A stretch of 9,228 nucleotides of DNA. It comes from a virus (Duplodnaviria > Heunggongvirae > Uroviricota > Caudoviricetes). Location: IMG/VR virus record IMGVR_UViG_2526164665_000028. One strand, written 5' to 3'. Made by a program: the position numbers and the translations under genes. The notes beneath the pieces are model-generated. The model searched no databases and was not told where the DNA came from. It saw only the letters and a list, made by a program, of their open reading frames with translations. Positions 1 to 7,060 of this stretch are shown piece by piece (the stretch's first letter is position 1; each line of letters begins with the position of its first letter).

Positions 1-241
1 AGTGGCCGTAGGCCGGAAAAACTGGATGTTCGCGGGTTCCGACAGCGGTGGTGAACATGCGGCGGTGTTGTACTCGCTGATCGGCACATGCCGTCTGAAC
101 AATGTGGAGCCAGAAAAGTGGCTGCGTTACGTCATTGAACATATCCAGGACTGGCCGGCAAACCGGGTACGCGATCTGTTGCCCTGGAAAGTTGATCTGA
201 GCTCTCAGTAAATATCAATACGGTTCTGACGAGTCGCTTAC
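1..241 (+). mobile_element. IS66-family insertion sequence, right end (partial; continues left of window)
   Basis: Transposase C-terminus in frame 2 followed by a terminal sequence ending ...GAGTCGCTTAC at 231-241, the reverse complement of the GTAAGCG motif typical of IS66-family inverted-repeat termini. Confidence 0.7.
2..211 (+). CDS. IS66-family transposase (TnpC) C-terminal fragment, 5'-truncated by window edge
   Basis: Translation ...RKNWMFAGSDSGGEHAAVLYSLIGTCRLNNVEPEKWLRYV...LLPWKV matches the conserved C-terminal region of IS66 TnpC. Stop TAA at 209-211. Confidence 0.8.
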   Translation: MAVGRKNWMFAGSDSGGEHAAVLYSLIGTCRLNNVEPEKWLRYVIEHIQDWPANRVRDLLPWKVDLSSQ

Positions 242-473
242 TTAAAAGTGAGATGTCAGCGATCATTACTAAAACGGTATACACATTCCTGCGCGCAATG
301 CCCCGCCCGCCTGCCCGCTTCGCTTAACAGACTGGTTTTCATGCACCCCGTAAATCGTCTCAGAAGCCACCACACAAGGGCTTTCGCGTCAAAAATGGCG
401 CATGAGACTCATGCGTTTTCATGCGCCATAGATATGCACTCATACGCTCTCAGGCCAGCCAGGAAAAAGGCGT

Positions 474-498
474 AAAAAATCCCGGTACTGGACCGGGA
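474..498 (-). terminator. Intrinsic terminator of the sid-psu-delta operon
   Basis: Minus-strand hairpin TCCCGGT-CCAGT-ACCGGGA (7-bp stem, 5-nt loop) followed by TTTTTT, 23 bp downstream of the delta stop. Confidence 0.6.
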
Positions 499-520
499 CT
501 TCGTGGTCGTATTTTGCTAA

Positions 521-793
521 TCAGACAGGAATTTGCTGACGGTTTGACAGCTTTGACGCGGAGCCATAGCGATTGAGAGTTTGCTGTTGTTTTTCCGGTA
601 TTTTTGCTTTGTCTGATTCCTGTTCATTGCACCGAGGCTTCATAATTATCGTATCCACGCTTTCCAGTGCGGTAAATGTGCAGGAACATTCCAGATTCTG
701 GCACTGATACCATGAGCGTTTAACCGACGGAGCTTCATAGGCGCTGGTTCTGGCGTGAGCGACCGCGCCACATTCAGGACACTTCAGGGCCAT
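521..793 (-). CDS. delta: Ogr/Delta-family zinc-finger late transcription activator (single-domain)
   Basis: ATG at 793 (the longer ORF to 895 overlaps psu). Product MALKCPECGAVAHARTS...YQCQNLECSCTF has the C-x2-C-x22-C-x4-C Ogr/Delta zinc-finger spacing and the AHARTS motif. Start lies 1 nt after the psu stop. Confidence 0.8.
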   Translation of the reverse strand: MALKCPECGAVAHARTSAYEAPSVKRSWYQCQNLECSCTFTALESVDTIIMKPRCNEQESDKAKIPEKQQQTLNRYGSASKLSNRQQIPV

Positions 794-794
794 A

Positions 795-1349
795 TCAGCA
801 CACTCCTTTTTCATTAAGTCGGTTAAGGCGGGCCAGGAAAACTTTATGTTGTGCCGGGGTGAAACTGGCTGAAGCATCAGCGCGCATTGATGCATCCACC
901 GTTAATCCGGTTTCGTCGATAATGCTCTTATATGCTGCTGAAATTACCGGAGTACGCATTTCCGTTTGTCGGGCTACAGCGGTTCGTAATATTTTCATTG
1001 CCGCCTCAAGCCCGTATGGAGCGCAAAGAAAAGGAGCCAGAGCGTCAGTGAGTGCATCACCATGCTCGCTCATGAAGTTTTCCGTTGCGCTTGTAACACA
1101 ACTCTCCAGCACAATCTGATGAGCATAAAGACCATCCCGTGCAGCACAGTTAATCTGCCATTCGAGGACTGCAAGACGCTCACGAAGATCCTCAAGCTGG
1201 CTGGCATATGCTGCCGGTTTTTCTTCAGTATCCAGCAGAGCCGCCAGACGAAGCTGGTAGGTACTTTGCGTATTACGTAGTGTCAGCCAGCTTTTTATCG
1301 CCGAGCGGTAATCGTTGAGTGCTTCCTGAGTAATGGTTCCGGCATTCAT
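795..1349 (-). CDS. psu: Polarity suppression protein Psu (capsid decoration / Rho antagonist)
   Basis: 184-aa product with blocks resembling P4 Psu as I recall it (...ALTDALAPFL..., ...SFTPAQHKVF...). ATG at 1347-1349 overlaps the sid stop (ATGA). Confidence 0.8.
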   Translation of the reverse strand: MNAGTITQEALNDYRSAIKSWLTLRNTQSTYQLRLAALLDTEEKPAAYASQLEDLRERLAVLEWQINCAARDGLYAHQIVLESCVTSATENFMSEHGDALTDALAPFLCAPYGLEAAMKILRTAVARQTEMRTPVISAAYKSIIDETGLTVDASMRADASASFTPAQHKVFLARLNRLNEKGVC

Positions 1350-2098
1350 TTCTTCTCGCCCCCTTTAACCATGTCACGCTGTTTAAGCATCCGTGAACGC
1401 GCTGCAGGGCTGGGGGATTGTCTGGCATCCTGGATGGCTTTATCGTCCGCATAAATGCTGATCCCCGGCAGGGTAATATCATCGGTTGAAGATACGTTAC
1501 AGGACAGTGCCGGAGTGGTGAGTTGCTCGCTGATAAATTGCTTCAGCACACTTTCGGGGTCGTTTACGGTATGAACTACACCGATAACAGCAGAAGCGCT
1601 TCGGCCCAGAGTCATTTTCAGCAGTCCAAGGATCTGAATAAGTTTCTGACCGTGTTCCTTCATAAACTCATTCCAGAGCCACACTGCATGAGTTTCAATC
1701 AGGCGATTATGTTCGCTGATGTAGTGGTTTGCAGCATCCGCAGTTTTCCAGGGCAGGAATTCATTTTCTGCCGCCTGAGCTGCCAGCAAATCTTCGAACT
1801 CATCCAGTGTTTCGCGTCCGAGGGCGATTTCTGCCCGCAGTTTTTTCATGCGTGGCGTCATATTTCCCTGATTCTCACGAAACAGGTTTCGCCATTCATC
1901 ATTAAGCGCCTGCGTTTCCGTTTTTGTATCTTCCTGACGTTTACGGATAGTTTCAATCATTGCAGCAGCTTCAGTTTGTTTTCGTCGTTCTTCCTGCCAG
2001 ACAGCTTTTGCTGCCTTAACTTTATCCACCGCTTCGCGAATTTTCGGTGGGAGGGAGGGTGTAATGTTTGCATCAGGGATCTGGTTAACAGTAGTCAT
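1346..2098 (-). CDS. sid: Sid-like capsid size-determination (external scaffold) protein
   Basis: 250 aa from ATG at 2098, preceded by GGAG 6 nt upstream. The longer ORF to 2131 starts with TTG and has no SD. Size and position (first gene of the leftward late operon, upstream of psu) match P4 sid; coiled-coil-like composition. Confidence 0.75.
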   Translation of the reverse strand: MTTVNQIPDANITPSLPPKIREAVDKVKAAKAVWQEERRKQTEAAAMIETIRKRQEDTKTETQALNDEWRNLFRENQGNMTPRMKKLRAEIALGRETLDEFEDLLAAQAAENEFLPWKTADAANHYISEHNRLIETHAVWLWNEFMKEHGQKLIQILGLLKMTLGRSASAVIGVVHTVNDPESVLKQFISEQLTTPALSCNVSSTDDITLPGISIYADDKAIQDARQSPSPAARSRMLKQRDMVKGGEKK

Positions 2099-2181
2099 GA
2101 CTGCTCCGGTAGTGTTTTGTTGTTGTGTCAATTGTGCCGGGGTCCATACAAGCGCACTACCGAGGAGGATTGTGTCAGTGA

Positions 2182-2470
2182 CTGAACAATGACCTTGTTC
2201 TGGCTAGCCAGAGAAAGGTGTCATGTCTGATCTACACGCTTCCTTTAATACATACTATTCACTACTGTTCACTTCAATAAAAATATAGTAAATACATGTG
2301 GTTAAGTGGTGTAGTGTTTTAATTAAAGTGATCATCTACTGTTCATGACTGTTCACAGAGATAAAATTAAACATATATTTCTTTTTCATATAAGTCGCGA
2401 TATTTATTTCAGTTTATTACTGGATCTTTTCTCCTCACCAATATTCACCAGTATTCACCAGTATTCAATA
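2182..2470. repeat. Iteron cluster (TGTTCAC / ATTCACC type), putative satellite ori-like region
   Basis: Repeated TGTTCAC-like motifs at 2182-2187 (rc), 2267-2273, 2340-2346, 2350-2356, plus tandem 10-bp repeats GTATTCACCA at 2441-2460 with degenerate flanking copies (2431-2470), in an ORF-free AT-rich region. Confidence 0.5.
2340..2357. promoter_or_regulatory. TGT-N12-ACA dyad (Ogr/Delta-type activator site candidate, or an iteron pair)
   Basis: TGTtcatgactgttcACA matches the TGT-N12-ACA dyad found upstream of P2/P4 late promoters; it is also made of two iteron-like half-sites, so the assignment is ambiguous. Confidence 0.3.
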
Positions 2471-3012
2471 CATATTCTATGTAAAGAATAAAAGATGTCT
2501 TATGTCTGTTTAATAATTAAACATTCAACCTCCCTGCACTCAGTTGCATTTCAGGAAAATATTCATAAAAATGAATTTGTCTGATGTTCATTAAACACAT
2601 CCGGATACATGCGGAAGTAAGATGGTAATTTAATTTCTTTAATCATCGGATTTATTGATACATATGGTGAGCTGTTTATTTTTGGCCGTTTTGGCTCTTT
2701 TATTAATCAGGTGTTGTCTTAGTGCTTATGATGTAACGCCCTGAATGATATGGGCTGGTTCAGATTTGAGCTGTGATCCTGCCTAGTGTAATAGACTTTT
2801 TTATTATTGATGCTCCTTATTATATTCCATAAAGGAATTGTTTGTTTTTGTTCGTTTCATACGGTTTTTAGCTGTTTTATTTTTTGAGAAATCAACATTT
2901 CACACAAAATAAATAAAGCATGCGCGAGCCGCTTATATAAACATAATAAGGAGCTACCTGAATCCGCATGGAATTGCCCGGACTGTTGTAAACATATTAG
3001 AGAGGTAGCCAG

Positions 3013-3273
3013 ATGAATAGTATTTCCGTTTCCACCCCGGCACCAGCTGCTCCGGTGCTCCCGGTTCCGGCTCAGCAGGAGCGCTTCATACGATTACCTG
3101 AAGTGATGCACCTTTGCGGGCTATCCCGTTCAACCATCTACGACCTTATCAGCCGCGATGCCTTCCCGCAGCAGATATCCCTGGGTGGAAAAAATGTGGC
3201 CTGGGTACAGTCGGAGGTCAGTGCATGGATGGCGGCGCGAATTGCTGCCCGCGAGCAAGGAGGCCATGCGTGA
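3013..3273 (+). CDS. alpA: AlpA/Vis-family phage transcriptional regulator (excisionase-like HTH)
   Basis: 86 aa; AGAGG 7 nt upstream of ATG. Product ...[49 protein letters not shown]... is the AlpA/Vis helix-turn-helix signature. Confidence 0.85.
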   Translation: MNSISVSTPAPAAPVLPVPAQQERFIRLPEVMHLCGLSRSTIYDLISRDAFPQQISLGGKNVAWVQSEVSAWMAARIAAREQGGHA

Positions 3274-3308
3274 AACTTGCTTTGCAGTCTCATCTTCTTT
3301 TTTCTGGC

Positions 3309-3338
3309 TTGCGTCCTGATATCTTTTCCAGGTATAGT
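3309..3338 (+). promoter_or_regulatory. Candidate sigma70 promoter (PLE-like) for the immunity leader
   Basis: TTGCGT (3309-3314), 18-bp spacer, TATAGT (3333-3338), about 30 bp upstream of the first antisense-RNA target site. Confidence 0.3.
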
Positions 3339-3367
3339 TTTCCCGCTGCCGCAAAATCGGCTGCCGG

Positions 3368-3395
3368 GCGTAGGAACCCGAGTTACTTATTGGCG
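3368..3395 (+). promoter_or_regulatory. seqA-like bipartite target for the CI-like antisense RNA
   Basis: Half-sites GTAGGAAC (3370-3377) and CTTATTGG (3386-3393), complementary to TTCCTAC (3545-3551) and CCAATAAG (3529-3536) on the same strand. Confidence 0.5.
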
Positions 3396-3400
3396 ACACC

Positions 3401-3423
3401 AGACGCGCCGTGCGTCTTTTTTT
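3401..3423 (+). terminator. Intrinsic terminator-like hairpin in the immunity leader
   Basis: AGACGC-GCCGT-GCGTCT perfect 6-bp stem followed by TTTTTT. Confidence 0.5.
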
Positions 3424-3487
3424 ACGTCGTTGCTCAGGCACACCCATTTTTCGGGCTGCGGTGCTTATACCTTAGCCCCTTTCAGAT

Positions 3488-3572
3488 AATGGTGGTCCGG
3501 GCGGGGCAGCCTTCGGGCTGGCCGGTTTCCAATAAGGCCGGTATTCCTACCCCCGTTCGGGTCACCACCCAT
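3488..3572 (+). ncRNA. CI / C4-type antisense immunity RNA (boundaries approximate)
   Basis: GGTGGT (3491-3496) pairs with ACCACC (3564-3569) as a terminal stem; internal UUCG-closed hairpin CAGCC-TTCG-GGCTG (3507-3520); exposed region 3526-3552 carries the two blocks complementary to the upstream and downstream targets. The only ORF here (3571-3813, alternative frame) is likely spurious. Confidence 0.5.
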
Positions 3573-3574
3573 GA

Positions 3575-3618
3575 GCGTAGGAACTCCGGTGGTGGCATTT
3601 ACCGCTACTTATTGGAGG
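3575..3618 (+). promoter_or_regulatory. seqC-like second antisense target overlapping the RBS of the next ORF
   Basis: GTAGGAAC (3577-3584) and ACTTATTGG (3607-3615) repeat the seqA-like half-sites; the second abuts and overlaps the GGAGG SD (3614-3618) of the ORF starting at 3627. Confidence 0.5.
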
Positions 3619-3626
3619 TTGCCCTT

Positions 3627-3818
3627 ATGGCTACGATCCTCGCCCCGTCACATCCTCAATTTATATTTGTTTTTGCCGCCGTTCGTCGTGCAGAACGTAA
3701 ACCACGTATCAGTATGCTGCGTATCATCGCCAGCAATGAGCATCATGCACGTCTTTCACTGGTCCATGAGTATGTGCTTTGTCTTGCTGCTCGCCTGCCT
3801 GTCCGGGAGGTGATCTAA
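3627..3818 (+). CDS. Small protein, kil-like by position (first translated gene downstream of the immunity RNA)
   Basis: 63 aa; GGAGG 8 nt upstream of ATG 3627; stop TAA overlaps the next ATG (TAATG). The long overlapping ORF 3114-3818 is an artifact except for this 3' part. Confidence 0.45.
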   Translation: MATILAPSHPQFIFVFAAVRRAERKPRISMLRIIASNEHHARLSLVHEYVLCLAARLPVREVI

Positions 3819-4042
3819 TGAATCACGCCGCAATCTCTTATGACGATATTCTCCGCCTGAAGCATCTTCGTAACGTGGGAGAGTTTGTCACTGGAATGGC
3901 TGTTCTTCAGGATTGCTACGAAAAACCTGCCAGTGCTCAATGTGAACAACTGGTTTCCCTGATTTATCTGATGACAGAGCAGCTTGATGGCGTGGTACAG
4001 CGTTGCCAGGATGACCTCATGAACATGGAGGTGGTGCAATGA
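3818..4042 (+). CDS. Small hypothetical protein of the satellite left operon (epsilon/derepression-protein position)
   Basis: 74 aa from ATG 3818 with GGGAGG 7 nt upstream (the ORF call from 3779 lacks an RBS); stop overlaps the next start (ATGA at 4039-4042). Confidence 0.6.
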   Translation: MNHAAISYDDILRLKHLRNVGEFVTGMAVLQDCYEKPASAQCEQLVSLIYLMTEQLDGVVQRCQDDLMNMEVVQ

Positions 4043-4362
4043 AATCACGCACTCTTTCCCTTTCACTTCGGGTAGCGTTGTATCGCCGCGCGGTAGCCTG
4101 CGCCTGGTTGAGTGCCTGCTATCAGCAAAACCGCCATCTGCAGCTCACTCTGGATGAAATTGAAACCGCTATTGCCCGTGAGCTTGAAGGATTTTATCTG
4201 CGACAGCACGGGCAAACAAAAGGCATGGAAATCGCCTGCGCCCTGCTTTCAGACCTGATGGAATACGGCCCTCTAATGTCCTGTCCCGCACTCTCCCAGC
4301 TCGGAATAGCCGTAATGGATGAGTTATGCGTCCGTCACATCAAAAAGCCGGTTTTACACTGA
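4039..4362 (+). CDS. Hypothetical protein of the satellite left operon (immediately upstream of primase)
   Basis: 107 aa; GGAGG at 4027-4031 upstream of ATG 4039; translationally coupled to the preceding ORF. Confidence 0.6.
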   Translation: MKSRTLSLSLRVALYRRAVACAWLSACYQQNRHLQLTLDEIETAIARELEGFYLRQHGQTKGMEIACALLSDLMEYGPLMSCPALSQLGIAVMDELCVRHIKKPVLH

Positions 4363-4376
4363 GGGAGAACTGCGTC

Positions 4377-6710
4377 ATGTCAGGAATGAAAGTCAGTCAG
4401 GCCGTGAAGGCTGCCCGCGGTCACTGGGCTCAGATTCTGCCAGCGCTGGGCGTGAATATATTGAAAAATCGCCATCAGCCTTGCCCGGTCTGTGGCGGTA
4501 AAGATCGTTTTCGCTTCGACGATCAGGAAGGACGCGGAACATGGTTCTGCAATCAGTGCGGAGCCGGGGATGGTTTAGCGCTTGTCACCAGGGCACTGAA
4601 TGTGGATATCAGTGAAGCAGCTGACAGGATACATGGACTGACACATGATCTGTCTGTAGTTAATTCCGAGGTCAGGACGTTAACCGCCGATACCGATAGC
4701 GGGAAAGATGCAGCGGCAGCACTTGCCGCGCGACTGCTGCAAGCCTCGCGTGAATCTGCCGGAAACACTTATCTTACACATAAAGGTTTCCCGGAGCATA
4801 TTTGCCATGAGCTGACTTCAGCTCATAAGGCCGGTGGTATGATGTTCCGCCCCGGTGATTTGATCGTCCCACTCTATAACGCTGACGGGGAGCTGGTGAA
4901 TATTCAGCTCATCAGTGGCAATGGTAGCAAGTGTTTTCTTAAAGGAGGTCAGGTTAAGGAGGCCTATCATCTGATAGAAGGGGGCGGGAGTTCTGTAAGA
5001 AGGATTTGGATTGCGGAAGGTTACGCCACGGCGCTTACCATTCATTATTTGACAGGAGAAGCCGTCATGGTGGCATTTTCGTCGGTCAACTTTCTTTCTC
5101 TGAGCAGCGTTGCCCATAATAAGTATCCGGGATATCAGTTAATTATTGCAGCGGACCGCGATCTGAATGGTTCAGGCCAGAACAGGGCTGAAACTGCTGC
5201 AAAAGCGAGTCAGTGTGACATTGTGCTGCCACCGGTTTTTGGTGACTGGAATGATGCGCTTACCCAATACGGAGAGGAATCCACCCGGAAGGCAATTCTT
5301 GAGGCTTTGAAGCCACATAACGCCAGTCCTTTCGACACAATGAGTGAAGCAGAATTCACAGCGATGAGTGTCAGCGAAAAAGCTCAGAGGGTTCGGGAGC
5401 ATTACAGGGATGCACTGGCGGTTGATCCGAACGGGCAGCTTTTATCCCGCTACGAGTCTGGAGCGTGGAAAGTTATTTCTCAGTCAGATTTTGCCCGAGA
5501 TGTCGCAGCCCTTTTCCAGCGCCTCGGGGCACCGTTTTCCTCAGGAAAAATTGCCTCACTGGTGGAAACATTAAAGTTAATTGTTCCGCAGCAGCAAAAT
5601 CCGTCACGTCATCTGATTGGTTTTCGTAATGGCGTTCTCGATACGCGAACAGGGCTTTTTAGTCCGCACTGTAAAGAGAACTGGCTGCGTACCCTGTGTG
5701 AAGTCGATTTCACGCCACCGGTAAAGGGGGAAACGCTTGAAACTCATGCCCCGGCATTCTGGCGTTGGCTGGACCGGGCCGCCGGACACAAGCCAGCAAA
5801 ACGCGACATTATTCTTGCAGCGTTATTTATGGTGCTGGCGAACCGCTATGACTGGCAGCTCTTTCTGGAAGTGACTGGCCCTGGTGGAAGTGGCAAAAGT
5901 ATTCTGGCTGAAATTGCGACCATGCTTGCTGGAGAGGATAACGCCACCTCTGCGACCATTGAAACGCTGGAGTCCCCGCGAGAACGTGCGGCTCTGATAG
6001 GTTTTTCTCTTATTCGCCTGCCTGATCAGGAGAAGTGGAGCGGCGACGGCGCCGGGCTTAAGGCTATAACTGGTGGCGATGCAGTATCTGTGGACCCCAA
6101 ATATCAGAATGCTTATTCAACACATATTCCGGCGGTTATCTTGGCCGTAAATAATAATCCTATGCGCTTCACTGATCGCAGTGGTGGTGTGTCCCGCAGG
6201 AGAGTTATTCTGCATTTTCCTGAGCAGATAGCACCGGAAGAACGCGATCCGCAGTTGAAAGATAAAATTGCACGAGAACTGGCTGTGATTGTTCGTCAGC
6301 TCATGCAGCGTTTCAGCGATCCGATGAGCGCCAGAACATTGCTTCAGTCGCAGCAGAATTCTGATGAGGCTCTCACCATCAAGCGTGATGCTGATCCAGC
6401 ATTTGATTTTTGTGGCTACCTTGAGGCATTACCTGACACCAACGGTATGTTTATGGGGAACGCCAATATTGTCCCACGCCAGCCACGTACATACCTTTAC
6501 CATGCCTACCTCGTATACATGGAGGCTAATGGCTATAAAAACACCCTGAGTCTTACGATGTTTGGCAAAGGGTTGCCAGTCATGCTGAAGGAGTACGGGC
6601 TACATTATGAGAAACGGCGAACTAATCAGGGAATGCAAACTAACCTCACTTTGAAAGAGGAGAGTAATGCAGACTGGCTGCCCAAGTGTGATGAGCCAAT
6701 ATTAAAATAA
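4377..6710 (+). CDS. P4 alpha-type primase-helicase (zinc-ribbon, TOPRIM primase, SF3/D5-type helicase, C-terminal origin-binding region)
   Basis: ATG 4377 with GGGAG 9 nt upstream, giving 777 aa (the ORF call from 4326 overlaps the previous gene). N-terminal CPVCGGKDRFRFDD...WFCNQCGAGDG zinc-binding motif, TOPRIM-like IAEGYATALT...IIAADRD, Walker A VTGPGGSGKS. Confidence 0.9.
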   Translation: MSGMKVSQAVKAARGHWAQILPALGVNILKNRHQPCPVCGGKDRFRFDDQEGRGTWFCNQCGAGDGLALVTRALNVDISEAADRIHGLTHDLSVVNSEVRTLTADTDSGKDAAAALAARLLQASRESAGNTYLTHKGFPEHICHELTSAHKAGGMMFRPGDLIVPLYNADGELVNIQLISGNGSKCFLKGGQVKEAYHLIEGGGSSVRRIWIAEGYATALTIHYLTGEAVMVAFSSVNFLSLSSVAHNKYPGYQLIIAADRDLNGSGQNRAETAAKASQCDIVLPPVFGDWNDALTQYGEESTRKAILEALKPHNASPFDTMSEAEFTAMSVSEKAQRVREHYRDALAVDPNGQLLSRYESGAWKVISQSDFARDVAALFQRLGAPFSSGKIASLVETLKLIVPQQQNPSRHLIGFRNGVLDTRTGLFSPHCKENWLRTLCEVDFTPPVKGETLETHAPAFWRWLDRAAGHKPAKRDIILAALFMVLANRYDWQLFLEVTGPGGSGKSILAEIATMLAGEDNATSATIETLESPRERAALIGFSLIRLPDQEKWSGDGAGLKAITGGDAVSVDPKYQNAYSTHIPAVILAVNNNPMRFTDRSGGVSRRRVILHFPEQIAPEERDPQLKDKIARELAVIVRQLMQRFSDPMSARTLLQSQQNSDEALTIKRDADPAFDFCGYLEALPDTNGMFMGNANIVPRQPRTYLYHAYLVYMEANGYKNTLSLTMFGKGLPVMLKEYGLHYEKRRTNQGMQTNLTLKEESNADWLPKCDEPILK

Positions 6711-6721
6711 CGATTAACTAA

Positions 6722-6746
6722 CCCGGCTGATGCCGGGCTTCTTATT
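6722..6746 (+). terminator. Intrinsic terminator after the primase gene
   Basis: CCCGGC-TGAT-GCCGGG hairpin followed by CTTCTTATT, 12 bp past the alpha stop. Confidence 0.55.
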
Positions 6747-6771
6747 GGAAACGCACAAATGTAGAGATAGC

Positions 6772-6979
6772 TGTTCACTCTTCACCTCGCTGTTAACACG
6801 TAAACAATTGATATATAAGTTAAAAATGGCAGGGTGAATAGTGTGCATGGTTTTGCGAAAAAAAAGTATTTTTTGTAGAGTCAAGTCCCGGTTTGGATCC
6901 GTTTAACGGAACCTAACTAGATTGACTATTTCTCTGATGATTTTTGGATAAATAATCAACAAAAATCAAAATGTGAACA
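6772..6979. repeat. Second iteron cluster (crr-like), downstream of primase
   Basis: TGTTCACT (6772-6779), TTCACC (6781-6786), TGTTAACA (6791-6798), GGTGAATA (6833-6840, rc TATTCACC), GTGAACA (6973-6979, rc TGTTCAC). Confidence 0.45.
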
Positions 6980-7060
6980 GAGAATGGTGGGGGCACAAAA
7001 AGGGGCATAATTGAATTAATTATAATTAAATTTCAATTTTTACAATAGGTTAAATGTGTG

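Noticed and set aside
248-475. 75-aa ORF in the delta-IS66 spacer
   Set aside because: No RBS, Arg/His-rich product with no recognisable features; it overlaps the cos-like GC-rich sequence and lies just upstream of the delta operon terminator (474-498).
1346-2131. Longer sid start at 2131
   Set aside because: The codon at 2129-2131 is TTG with no Shine-Dalgarno; the ATG at 2098 has GGAG at good spacing and gives a size closer to P4 Sid.
1523-2185. 220-aa plus-strand ORF
   Set aside because: Lies entirely antisense to sid, with a Cys/Phe/Ser-rich low-complexity product; typical shadow ORF of a real gene on the opposite strand.
2183-2199. Inverted repeat GAACAA-TGACC-TTGTTC as a Delta-type late promoter dyad for sid
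   Set aside because: The half-site order is ACA...TGT rather than the TGT-N12-ACA of Ogr/Delta sites; more likely an iteron pair. Kept only as part of the iteron cluster.
2431-2470. Possible CRISPR-like or other tandem array
   Set aside because: Only about 3.5 copies of a 10-bp unit with no spacers; far better explained as replication-protein iterons.
3114-3818. 234-aa ORF spanning the alpA 3' end, the immunity leader and the antisense RNA region
   Set aside because: Overlaps alpA in another frame and runs through the promoter, terminator hairpin and structured RNA; no RBS at its start. Only its last 63 codons (from ATG 3627, with a good SD) are plausibly coding.
4326-4376. Upstream start (4326) for the primase
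   Set aside because: Would overlap the preceding ORF by 37 nt and lacks an SD; ATG 4377 has GGGAG upstream and yields a 777-aa product.
6739-6746. Extra CTTATTGG copy (third possible antisense target) within the primase terminator tail
   Set aside because: A single 8-mer without the partner GTAGGAAC half-site; expected by chance at appreciable frequency in 9 kb.
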